Shown here: positions 13,528 to 25,767 of the stretch, piece after piece
Position numbering within the stretch: the stretch's first letter is position 1
Layout of the letters: each line of letters begins with the position of its first letter
NCBI GenBank assembly: GCA_000165425.1
Contig: CT868671.1
Coordinates: 501,027-565,026 of the forward strand
DNA: 64,000 nucleotides
Source: Paramecium tetraurelia
Taxonomy: Eukaryota
Reading direction: 5' to 3'
Notes under the pieces: model-generated
What the model saw: only the letters and a program-made list of their open reading frames with translations
The model's database searches: none
What the model was told of the DNA's origin: nothing
Program-made: the position numbers and the translations under genes

Positions 13528-14472
13528 TCATATTATCATAACTTTTGTTTGTTGTTCATTACCTATTTTGTTGATGACATCAAGATATCTAATCTACATG
13601 GCTGCATTGGCACTGAGTAATTCAGCAGCCTATTTCATCAATTTGGCTGATTATACATTGGATTCGGCTATTAAGATCTTCGCTTGTGCAGCTCTTGAGA
13701 TTTAATTAATCCATATACCTAAGTTCTGTGGCTGCCTATGCCAAAGCAGATTTAATCCTTTCGTTTATTTGAATATCCTTTATCATCATTAATTCAATAT
13801 CTATTCCCCAGTCATCTACGTGATCGTCAACAAATTGTTAGATATAATCTTAAATTTCTGTTCTTTTTTCTAACACATCTTGCAAGGTATAAGCTCCGAT
13901 TACACTTTTTATAGCTGCTAAAGTTATCTATGAAATAGCCATTTAAATGTCGTAAATATAAAAAATAGCCTTCTTTGGTTCCAACACTCGATAATAGACA
14001 GATGCATCAACCAATATGAGAATATTATCTTTTGTAATGACATATTGTTTCTAACAATCGATCATTTGGGTTCTACAATCGATTTTTATTAATTTATCGG
14101 TACATGGATTAAAGTATTATAAACCTGGGGGCACTAAGATAATTACGTTATCCTTTACTTGTTTTCACATACTTTCCAAATCTTAAATAGACTCCAACGA
14201 AACCTTATTCTATTTTCTTGTATGGATATTCAACAAATGGGTTGCACGGACAAAAGGCTGAACAATTTCCACAACACTCTCCACACTTATAAATGTAATT
14301 CTGGTAAGATCCTCCAAGACTCATATTCTTCTCATTTTCAACGAGGTTCTCTCTCGGATATTTATTCTATGGCTTGTTGTCATTTAAATACGGATTTATC
14401 TTCTCTTTTTCTAAAGCATCTGGATGAACTGGAACTGTAAATAATGTTTTTATTACTTTTAGCAAGTTGCAT
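13528..14472 (-). CDS. Stomatin-like SPFH/band 7 protein
   Basis: Cys-rich N-terminal hairpin region (CGECCGNCSAFCPC), GVYLRFGKY, TKDNILILVDASVYYRV, WGIDIE...IKDI, AMQIRYLDVI. Confidence 0.9.
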
Positions 14473-14525
14473 GTTATGTAGTAATATATTAATTTATATA
14501 TATAAACTATTATATTATTATATTC

Positions 14526-15513
14526 ATGAATTTTGAAGATTATTAATATCTCTTCAAGTTTGTATTGATCGGAGACACAGGTTCAGTCATCAATCATTCT
14601 TAGGTGTTGGCAAGTCCTGTTTCCTGTCTCAATACGTCAAAGGCATATTCATTTAGGAGTATGATCCTACAATCGGACTCGAGTTTGAGAGCAAATCCAT
14701 TGAATTCAATGATGGCATCGTTGTTCAGAATCAACTATGGGACACAGTAACTATCATCAATTTAATTAGTCTGGAAGCTCTTAATTTATGGCAATATAGA
14801 AAACCTTTTGTTAAAAGTAATCCACAATCTATATATATCTCTAATTTTAGTGCTGCAGCTGCAATCATTTTCTATAAAATAGATAATCAAGACTCATTTA
14901 AGTCATTAGACAATTGGATCAACATCCTCAAATAGGTATCGTCTGACAAGATTCAAACTGTTATCGTTGCAACACACAAGGATCTAGAAGAGAAAAGGTC
15001 TTTTTATTCTTGAATTTAGATAAGTTGAAACCGAACAAGGAAGAAAGCTTGCCGATTCTATAGGAGCCAAATTTTTTGAAATCTCCAATCAAGACAAAGA
15101 TTAAATTGACGTGATTGTTAATACTCTATCCTTTAATGTCTTAAGATTAATAAGTTCCAGTAAAATCAATCCATTAAAATCAGTAATCATATTTATTATA
15201 ATAGCAATATGGTGTCAAAATGAGTCGATAATAAGAATAATAGTATGCTTCTTAATAAACAGATAAAACTGATAATAATAATAATTAGCAATAATTCACT
15301 CCAATTAAAAATAACCCAGATAATATAGAATTTGAATTTCCAAAAGAAACAGAAGAAGATACAATCACACCCAATAAAGCTACAGGTTCTCCAAAAGAGC
15401 CATAACAAAAGGAAAATGGAACAAATTAATAAAATAAAAACCAATCACGAAATGTATTCATGGTTTTGATACCGATAATATTTGCTTATGGATTTTATTT
15501 TTTATTTATATGA
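14526..15513 (+). CDS. Divergent Rab-like small GTPase with C-terminal hydrophobic tail
   Basis: YQYLFKFVLIGDTGVGKS, YDPTIGLEF, LWDTSGS; five short introns; ends RNVFMVLIPIIFAYGFYFLFI*. Confidence 0.88.
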
Positions 15514-15579
15514 ATAATTGTGTATTAAAAATGTATATTTAATAATAATATTTTAATCAATATCATGACTGTGTAACTT

Positions 15580-18108
15580 TCAAATGAATTCTAAAATATT
15601 ATTATTGATATCTATGTGCATATTTCTTTGTTTGCAATTACCCTAAACGTTATATTATAACAATTACATAAAGATATTTGTTTAATTCAATGCCCATCCA
15701 ACCCACTATAATTGAATGCATTATTGGATTGCTTCTATGCATTTCTAGAGCGTATTTTTGAACTTTGTACAAGGGAATTGGTTGGAGATTGTAATTTTTA
15801 CATCTTAAATTTGTTAATGAATGAATGCATCTCACATACAACCCTCGAACTTGATCATCATCAAAATTTAAGAATTACGGTTTATTTTACGATGAATATT
15901 CCACTGGAGTTGGAACCAAGGGATTAGTTAGATTCCAGTAATTCTCAGTCATTTGCTACAATTTATCAATAACATATTCTTATTTGAATACAGCACTGGC
16001 ATTAATGTTGAATAATTTGGATATCAATAGAGTAGTTATCTATATGTAGGCAACATGATCCATATTATTGGAATCAAATTTAATTGGTTAAGGAATCTTC
16101 TTATACCCAGTCCATACACATTCTAAGGCATCTGTCGGATACTTTTTCAATAATTCATTGATCTTGAACTCGAAATGGAATTCGTATAATTCCTTTGATA
16201 AACTGAGTATTTTGTCTAGAGTCAAATTGAATCCTGGCTTGGATATCCTATTAATCACATGAGCTCTAATATGATAATTATCAACCCTATTAATACTAAT
16301 GCAATATAATACACATCAGGTTCGTCGAAATTTTGGAGGTATCCGTTTCTATCCTAAAGGAATTTTTAAAAGTCTGTAACAAAACCAACAAAACTGTTGT
16401 CAAACACTTCCTTGGCCCATAAAACACAATGAATTGGAAGATAAGGGAATTTCTTGTAAGTGTCCTAATCTACATTGTACACATTCTTCAAGGTCTCTTA
16501 GATTTGTAATTATTAATTTGGTTTTCCAAATTAAGTATAAGCCTTTAAACCATTAAGAATTTGATCAAATAAAATCTTATTGTGTTTCTAAGCTTGCTGT
16601 TGGATGAGCAATCTTGATGTTTGATTGTTGATGGCAGAAAAGATGATGTCATGCTATTTCACAATAATCTCAGATTTCTCACTGAATTTGCTTTTATCAA
16701 CATCAATGTTCATAGTATTACAGAGTAACTGCGCTTATTCTTAAGCGACATCAGCCTTTGCCTTTCCAAGAGTCGATGAACTATTATTATTGACTAATTT
16801 ACTTAAACCAATAATGAGTGCCTAAAGTATATTTACGAACAATATCATCATCTAAGATAGTGAGTTTTGAATTTGGCTGAGTGCAACACTCCATCAAAGA
16901 AAAGAGTCTAACAACCTCGCATCCAGTTCCTCCACTTCCAATAACCAAGGCATTTAGTGATTGCAATTTGACTTTAATTTGCTAGTCATCACTATCGATA
17001 TCACTAACAAATTAAATGAAAGAGCATTCTAATGGAGTGAATTTCCCTGTGAATTTGACTACTTCCAAACTGCAATAGCCTGCCCAAAGACTGATGACTG
17101 GATATTTTGTTGTCTACATGAATTTGATTGTTTTTTAACACAATTACACATCAAACTAATCTAAATCAAATGTTTTATAGACAGCCAAAGCGATATTGAT
17201 GATCTCCTATTCACTCTATGGTTTAGTAGTCTAATCCAAGAGTTACAAATTGGCAATGACAGTACTGTAAACAATCTTATCCTCATTTGTTTTAAGTGTG
17301 TTAGGTTTGTATATGCTTTCTGACAGTTTTTGAAAGTGATACTTGAAAGGTACCTTAGTCAATTAAACTAATCCACCTGCCAAATACTTATTGTAATGCT
17401 AAGTGTATTCAATAGAAAATTCGGTTGGTGATATTACTTTGATTGGACGTGCTTCAGGCCCATTTACTTAGGTCATACCTTCAACATTACTGATTCTTAC
17501 AAAATCACCAGTCTTGTAATTGTGAGGAATGGATTCATGGATTTTTACTATACCTGGATTTGAATTAGTAATGTTGGTGATATGATATGGAAATGGCTAG
17601 ACTCCATCTCTATCAAACACTTTAAATCCTTAGCCAAAATCTGAAAATTTAAGACAAATAAATCCAAAAGTACATGTCCAAATCACTCCCTTATTATACT
17701 TTTAATTTTTAGATGAATTTTAACGTAAGTGCTCACTTACTGATATTGCAAAATTCAGGGATTAAATATCACAAATTATTGTTAAATCATGTTTGTCTAC
17801 TTTTGACAGAATCTCATTGTCCTTGTAGGACATCTCCAACGTTTCTATTTATGTTACATTGTTTGTTTTTAGAAGCTATTCACATTATTTCAGTCTTTGT
17901 GATTATTAATCGCAAAGTGTAATCAATTCAGGTTGTTGTGTAGAAATATGTTTGGCAATCTCTAATCCAAGCTAGGATTGTAGTTATTAATTACGCTTGA
18001 CAATCCGATGATGATAATCTTAAGACGTTAGAATTTCTATGCTGTGGTCTTTCCAAATAATTTGAGTTCCTTCTCTGTCGCCAATTCATCGAATGACTGA
18101 ATTTACAT
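15580..18108 (-). CDS. UBA1/E1-like protein, predicted catalytically inactive and lacking the UFD
   Basis: IIIGLSSLGLEIAKH, FCCH-like DFGQGFKVFDRDG...SNVEGMTQVNG...YLAGGLVQLTKVP, LVIGSGGTGCE, FPYLPIHCVLWAKEVF, NLRCKNYNL. Confidence 0.85.
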
Positions 18109-18175
18109 AGAAATGTATTTATTAATTAATTATTTATTTATGGACTGAGCAATATTATTTAGATACTATATTAAA

Positions 18176-18460
18176 TCAATACATCAGCCACTCATACAAT
18201 AATATCTCGTCATCTATAGGCTATATAATTTATTAATTAGAATTATTACCCTGTCTCTAATTCTGGCGTCTTGTATCACACTAAGTTTTATATTCCCTCT
18301 TTAATTCAATATCTTGTTTAATATTGTTTTAAGAACATTGCCAAAGCAACCCTGTAAGAGTACATTTGCTTAGTTATTTAACTAAACTATCTTAAATATC
18401 TTAAGATTTAAAATTCATCTTTGGGATTTGGATCGTAGTTAAGAAATATTGCTAAATTGA
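18176..18460 (-). pseudogene. Possible degenerate gene remnant
   Basis: Coding-like 3' segment with an intron (...DARIRDR/PIDDEILLYEWLMY*), but no single frame can be followed upstream without stops. Confidence 0.3.
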
Positions 18461-19109
18461 TAATGATCAAAAATTTATTTCATAATGAACATTCGTTTAA
18501 TTGTAATCTAATGTAGAGAAGATGAGTTTAAATAGTTTACTTCTTTTAAAAATACAATTGAATAAGAAGCACTTACATTAAATGTTTGGTTATTTGAATT
18601 ATTTAATTTGATATGATTGCTTTCAAAGTCATATTAATCTTAGTTAATTAATTGATTGCCTATATATATCATTTGGACGATATAACTATTTACTTTTTTA
18701 ATATTCCTCAATTTTTTAGATATCTTCAAGTAAATATAAGTGATTTATCAAATTCATTTATTATCCTATAGATTAGTTTATTATAATCATAGATATTAGA
18801 TAAATCAATTTAAAACATATTCAATAAGATGATAAACTGAAATTTAAATGAAATCTCATGTATAATAATGAAACTAAAATCTAAATCCTAATATATATGA
18901 ATCAGGAATTGATGCTTCTTAAATTTATACATAGTTGATTTTCTAAACACAGTTTACAAATAGAGTAATATGCAAAAATTGATATCCTTTCATAATGATT
19001 ATGAAGCATTAATTTAATTATTATAATAAATTAAGAATATCAGACTTGTTATATTTGTTATTTGTTTTATATATGAATATATGAAAATAGTTTGTATACA
19101 CAAATAAAC

Positions 19110-19540
19110 TCAAAATTTATCCATTTTTAGATCATCATAACTATTAAAATGTAGTAAATGAATTGGATCTTTTTCGATGACCTTCCTTTTCTTATTTTAC
19201 TTACTTGGATTGTTTTTAGTTACCATACAAATTAATTTGGAGTACAACTTAAGGTGCTTTTTTAACATTCAATTTCAGATATAGAATAGCAGGAGTCATC
19301 CTCATCCTCTACATATTACTCATTATTTCTTGGATTTATGTAATTCTCCAAAATAAATTACTCCAACTATCCTTTTTCATAAGATTAAAATAATTGCCCT
19401 AAATCTTTTGTATCATGAGAAACAACAAAATTCTTTAACTCACTTCTCTCCTCTGCTGTAATCAAATTCTATTGAAACATACTTTATATTGTACGAAGTA
19501 GCGAGGAATAAAATGGAACTAGCTCTATATTTGAAGACAT
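19110..19540 (-). CDS. Small hypothetical protein (~136 aa)
   Basis: MSSNIELVPFYSSLLRTIQSMFQQNLITAEERSELKNF...; the 3' end needs one assumed 20-nt intron. Confidence 0.65.
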
Positions 19541-19679
19541 ATTTAAACGAATTATATTAAAATATTGTTTTAGTTTTTTAACTAAGCAAATTTTTACATT
19601 AATTCCAGACCTATTCTTCTCAACAGATATTCGTTATTTGATATTACATAAAACTATAAATTTTATTATCATGATCATT

Positions 19680-19899
19680 TCAAAATTAATGAGGTTCACC
19701 TTATGTTGGTAACAAACCAAATCTCTTCTTCAATTCAACACGATATTTCTAATTAACATCATCTGGACTGAATCTTGCTATTAAATTAATTCGCATCTAT
19801 ACCAGGATGAGCATTAAATGTATATGAACCATCATCAAGTGTGTTTTTTAAGGTGTAAACTCTTTTTCCCTCTTCATTCAAATAATACCTCAAATGCAT
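19680..19899 (-). CDS. NOP10: H/ACA snoRNP subunit NOP10
   Basis: MHLRYYLNEEGKRVYTLK...NAHPARFSPDDVNQKYRVELKKRFGLLPTQ; one 25-nt intron. Confidence 0.95.
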
Positions 19900-20329
19900 T
19901 TTTATTTTAATATTAATTAATAGAGATCTAATTTGTCAATATTAGAAAATATTTATACTCAGAACACTATCATTTCATACTTTTGTATATTTCTAACTTT
20001 TTATCTAAAAGCTATAATTTTAAATTCATGACGATGATGCATTAATGTAAAATTTTAGAACTAAACAAATTATTTCCTACTTCATTGCAAATCAAGAAGT
20101 TGTAATGATAAGATAATGACAATCAAGAAAAGTTGCATTTTTCAATCAACAAATGCGTGGGAATGATTTTGAATTGTTTTAATTGAAATTCAAAGTTTCT
20201 GAATTTTGTGTATATAGAAACAACAACAAGATTACCATATCTATTTAAGCATAATTACTTAAATTATGAATTGTTTGTAGTTGATTTAAAACAAAATATG
20301 CGTAGATATTTGATATCATATAATATGAA

Positions 20330-20614
20330 TCATTGTCCTTCAGGGGCAGCTTCTGCACCTCCTGATCTAAGTTTGCTGAATATGTGTAGGAGCACAACGA
20401 TTCCCAAATATACAAGACTAATTATAAGTACGGTGTTTGGTTGAACTTTAAGCAGATGAGACATCTCCAGAATAGAAATTATAATCCTGATTGTCCTCCA
20501 TTATTCATGTTGTTTTTTGATGCTAAATCATGTAAACACAAATATCTTACGACTCTTGCCTCCTCCTTGTCTTCTCTTGATAGCATCCTTGGCGAGTTAA
20601 GCTTTTTCAGACAT
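20330..20614 (-). CDS. SEC61B: Sec61 beta subunit with two apparent 1-nt insertions (assembly error or young pseudogene)
   Basis: Fragments NFYSGDVSS and LKVQPNTVLIISLVYLGIVVLLHIFSKLRS lie in different frames from the N-terminus. Confidence 0.8.
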
Positions 20615-21129
20615 TTATTTAATTAATTAATATTAATAATGTGCACGTTGTTTAATTAATAGTTGTATAAAAATCATCAAATAAACAAATTCTCATTTTT
20701 TACTATAACAAAATAATTTATAATCAATTAAAAAAACTTAAAATTCATACTGAAATTTTTATCTCAATTCAAACTGTTAAATTACAGAATCCATATTTAA
20801 CCTAGAAATTCATCATTATTTCTAACATTTCAATAAATCATTTCCAAATCAAAAGGGAGTGACATTAAACATAGAACAGAATGGAACTAAGAAAAAATCC
20901 ATTTGAATTGCTCACTAGACTTCAATTTGAATTCTCTTGCATATTGCTAATGGGATATTAATTTCAAATCATTGATTAAAAACAATAATATTTACTTTTT
21001 TCATATAAATTGAGATTTCATGAATTAAATAATTTTCCAAAATAATTTTAATTTATGGTATTTCAGATATGAGATGGATAATATAAAATATCAAAGTAAT
21101 AATATATAATATATTATTAATTAAAATAT

Positions 21130-21654
21130 TCATTTTTAAATAGTTTTCCTTAAAATGCCTTTGTTAATTATTTAAGATGAGTTTTTTTTATTATATTTAT
21201 ATATTTCATTAGTCATCTAGCCAGTATGATTTAATGAAAATGTTGTAAAAGGGTCTAATTAATTTACTTCGATAATTTAATATTCCTATTCATTCTCGTG
21301 ATTTAAAATATAATTTTCATTTAACTATTCCACTTATTAATTATTCAATTTAAATTCATTAGACCAATAATCTTTCAATTTACTAATTTCTTAATCCGGC
21401 AATTCTGAATTCGAATAGTTTTGATGTTAGATTTCTTGAAAATCAGGTAAGCACCTTATAAATGGTGCTTTGATTTATCTAGAAAGATATTCTTCATCGA
21501 TGGATTCTTGGGGTCCTCTTTTACAATTCGTAAAAGGTGAGTTGTCCTCTTACTCCTAGAGGATAGTTTTATAAAAATCTTCAGATTCTACCACCTAATG
21601 ATGTTTTTTTCTTTAAGTTGCTTTAATAAATTTTTTCTCTCCTAATTCTATCAT
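21130..21654 (-). CDS. Hypothetical protein (174 aa)
   Basis: Continuous code-6 ORF MIELGEKKFIKATQRKKH...ILRKTIQK*. Confidence 0.55.
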
Positions 21655-21877
21655 CTTTTAATTAATAATGAAAACGATATTAAAAATTCTGGAGTCTAAT
21701 AAATTCTGTTTCCAATCTGATTATACAGATTTAACAAAAAGGCTAAATGCATTTAAATTCTATAGATTAAATGTGATATAAAAAGAAAAAGGATAAACTA
21801 ATTGATAAAGATTATAATTATACAAATATTCTATGCATTAAAATATTGATATCATTTTTTATGTTGTCATTTAAATG

Positions 21878-23680
21878 TCAGTCAGATTGGTTTTACACCA
21901 TCTTTAATGTCTACATAATTTAAGAATTATTTTATTATAAATTTTAAAAATTAGGATAAAATTATTAGGATTATTGATACATTTATTGTGACTACTAAAG
22001 CATCATTGTATTTTACATTAAAAATGCTTGATATTATTAATAATCAAAAGGTTATTATTATGGATTTTATTATTATTATATCCAATAATTATACATAAGT
22101 TATTATTATTATTAGTATTACTACTACTATTATAACAATGATTAATATTATTAATACTGATTGTTGGCACTATATTGTTAATTAACTTATTATTGTGATG
22201 TTTATATATTCCTTTCTTAAAAAGAAGAGATTTATGGATTTAACTTTGTATTAACTCTTTAAGCAAATCGGTTAGTATTTAGATTGATTAAGGCAAATTT
22301 CCAAACAATTTGCCCGTGATGATTCAGGAAGTTGCTTTCATGTAACTTCTATAGATATCCAAAGAATTCATTTCGATATTCTTAAGTTAGATATTCATAC
22401 AATCTTTAGATGGGATAATTGGCGAACTAATCATTTACTAATTTACGAAAAGACCTAATTTAATGGATTGGTTATACTCTTCGGAGACTGCCACTTCTTC
22501 TTCCCAAAGCTTTTATCTCCATTGAGGTCCTGAGTAAATGATTGCCTTTTCAGCCACATTGCTCCCATATTTATCCATGGACATCGATACAAAGTCTTTG
22601 ACGAGATATTCGTCAAGAAGTTTCCTTTTATGGCACTCCTAGCCTTTCTCTAAGATTTGTTAGATGATATAATTTGCGTATTATCTTCTTACTAAACAAG
22701 AGGAGTTCTCGATGGCTCTCATGATTATATTATTTGCAACTTATTTTGAGTTTTAGTCTATTTGTTTTGGTAATATTTCGATTATTTTATTAACAATAAG
22801 ACATCCATATTGGTCAGTCGAAAGTTCAATTTATTGTTAATTATTATTTAATATCTAAGAAATTAATTTAAGGATGTTACATATTTATCCAAATTGAGCA
22901 AAAGAGTATGCTAACTTTTGCCATCAAAAACTTCTAAACATTTTTGGAAGATTTAGTTGCTAATTTTATGGGTATATAGCTTTTTAATAAAATTGTTATC
23001 ATCTATTATAAAATTTATGTATTTTTAGAATTAATTTTAAGAATCTTAAGGGAATTGGGCCATAATGTCTAATCCCTTTTGCATCACCTTGCAAGCATAG
23101 AGATCAGTGATAAGTTTGTTAATGCTATTGAAAATTTGATCTAAAATAATATTTCTATATTTTGGAGGACCTACATAATAAATGAGACTCTTACCCACTT
23201 CAATGATTTTTTCCAGTATGTAGTGCATATACTTGTCCAAACTTAGATTTACGATATAATTTAGTATAAAGGTCTGAAAAACATACTCTCTTTCCTTGGG
23301 TTTGGCATTTTCGTATTCGAATTGCATTCGTCTAGAATTTTTGGTTAATTTTTCATGTGTAATATAGGATGACCTTAAAATGAAATGGTTTCATTATACA
23401 TGTCAACTTAAAAGGCTTATATCAAGGGGGATTTGAAATTATCAATTTGTAGTTCATTCTTCATCTGTTAATTGAGCAAATCGAATTCTTCATCTTTAAT
23501 TAATTCAAAATCAATACCTACTTAATCCAATTAATCGTCAAGTTATTGAGAAGTCAAGATTTTGAAAATGTTGGAGTTGTCATACAGACTTAAAGGAGCG
23601 GTGGATCCAGTGTTTGAGGGAAAGCAATTTTGAAATTCATCGGCATCAGAATTAATTTCAATGGGGATTGGATTTGACAT
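21878..23680 (-). CDS. Pumilio/PUF RNA-binding protein with Q/N/Y-rich C-terminus
   Basis: Repeats DKYMHYILEK, DLYACKVMQK, HKISNQIFQK, DQYGCLIVNK, RQYANYIIQQ, DKYGSNVAEK, DQFANYPIQR. Confidence 0.9.
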
Positions 23681-23867
23681 AATTTTGTTTATCTAATTAA
23701 TTATTATTGAAAAATTACATCATTCTTATTAGAATTAATTGACTTAAATTTTTAAGTTGGTTTTATAAATATGGAGTTAAATTAAATCTAATATATTACG
23801 CATTATGCCCTAATTTCACAATCTTATGAAATGGAGGTTAATTATATAATTGATTAAATAAATAATA

Positions 23868-24326
23868 ATGAATCTTGATCAAATTTAATCCACAGAAGAA
23901 GATTGGCCTCAATAATCTTGGAATGAAAATGAAGATCTCGATTTCTCGTCCTCTCCTATAATGTTTGGTCGTCGATGCCATAAAATTAAATAAGAAAATG
24001 ACATCAACAACCAAGATTACTATATATAATCTTAAGAGATAGAAGAACCCTCAGAAGATCAAGAAATTAACAAATTGTTCTTCAATGCCTCGATTCCTCT
24101 CAGCAAAAAGAAGATTAGAAAAACTAAAAGAATTAATAGCAGCACAATAAACACTCTATATCAAGAAATATTTTCAAGTATTATCGACAACACAGAATCA
24201 TAATAAGAGGCTTTAAAAAAATTATAATAATGCCAAAATATTAAGGTTCTATTGGATGGATTGGAAAGAACTTTGATGAAAATAAAGTAAATGCTACTAG
24301 TCAAAGTCAAAACTGATAAGCACTGA
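23868..24326 (+). CDS. Hypothetical protein (152 aa)
   Basis: ATG 23868 to TGA 24324 in the same frame; acidic N-terminus and basic KKKIRK patch. Confidence 0.7.
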
Positions 24327-24763
24327 TTTGAATCCATCGTATAGGTGTGTTTTCGATTGATGAAATAACATCACATATAATATAATATAATTTTCATACT
24401 TACTTTCTTACTAAATTTCGAACTAATTGATTAAAATACCAGAATAAACTCAGATAATTCAACCAACAAAGAGAAAGGTAGTAGAAAAATGTTGAAAAGT
24501 GTTTGGTACCCATATTTTTTGAAATGTAAAAAGTTAGTCGTTATTTAGATGTTTATAAATTAGGAAGTATATGTACATTAAAACCAATAGTGCTATTATC
24601 TATAAATGGAATTTAATCGGGTTTTTGGATTGAGAAAATAAAGTCATAAAATTTATTCAAGACCAAAGGATGAAAAGTAGATTCTTATTGATCTCAGTTT
24701 TTATCTGTTTATGTAATGCTAATAATAAAAGTTTTTAAATGAAAATATACAAGTAAAATTAAA

Positions 24764-25717
24764 TCATTAATTAAAAGTGATTAGAAACCATCCATTTGGA
24801 ATAATTTATAAATTAGATTCATTAGAACAGCTTATTAATTTGCCATTTTACCATTCTCCAAACTTTTTCTTCCCTTCTTTATTTATCATAAGTCCTTTCC
24901 CATGTTACTTTCCATCTAGCCAATAAACCTAATATTATTTTCCATCCCACCAATTGAAATACCAATCCCATTCTTTTTATCATTTTCATATTCTCCATCA
25001 TAATATTTCCCATCAATCCACCTGTAGTATCCTCGACCATGCATTTAATTTCTGACCCATTAACCCTAATAAGATTATGTTCTAAATAACTAATAAATTA
25101 CCCTACCATCAAGCCATTTATATTTGCCGATTCCATTAATCATGTTATCTGCCCATTCTCCATTGTACGTACTTTATTAACTCCATTAATAAATCCTTTT
25201 CCATCCTTTTTACCATTTAGAAACTCCCCGTCATAAACAGAACCCTCAGGCCGCACTTCAATTCTCAGCCCATAGGACTTTCCTTATTTGAATTGGCCAG
25301 TGTAAGTAGTTCCTCTTGCATAAAGATATTTCCCCTCTCCTTCTAATTTATTGTTAATAAAACTGCCCTCATATATATCATCATTAGTCATGACCAGCCT
25401 GCCAAGTCCATTATCCATGTTGTTAATTATCATACCAGTATAGATTCCACCATCCTAAAATTTAAGTTGATTTAAAGGACTCTCAATTTACTCTTGCTTT
25501 TATTCTAAAGAATTATATTGCGCCTTAATAAACGTAGAAGAGTTAGATTTGCTATCCATCCAAGTGGTTACTCTAATAATTAAACCATATTTCTTACAAG
25601 GCTGTTTTTCATCATCCTCCTTATATTCAGGATCAGAATCAGAACTAATTACTTCTTATTTATGTGTTTCATTAGAATGTCCTTCTTGTTTATTCTGGCA
25701 TTTCTAGCATGTCCCAT
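24764..25717 (-). pseudogene. MORN-repeat gene with frameshifts (probable pseudogene)
   Basis: Repeats YEGSFINNKLEGEG, YDGEFLNGKKDGKG, YNGEWADNMINGIG; frame slips just after the ATG and at ~25190; consensus W/G residues replaced by R. Confidence 0.7.
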
Positions 25718-25767
25718 AGAGTTATATAAAATTATCCCTAAAATTAAGTATTTTTATATAATAGTAA

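Noticed and set aside
18460..19100. Very AT-rich stretch considered as a retained IES or transposon remnant
   Set aside because: No interrupted gene to define TA boundaries and no inverted repeats or transposase motifs; cannot be distinguished from intergenic or decayed DNA
21940..22200. TTA/TAA trinucleotide-rich tract resembling a microsatellite
   Set aside because: It is the Gln/Asn/Tyr-rich coding tail of the PUF gene on the minus strand
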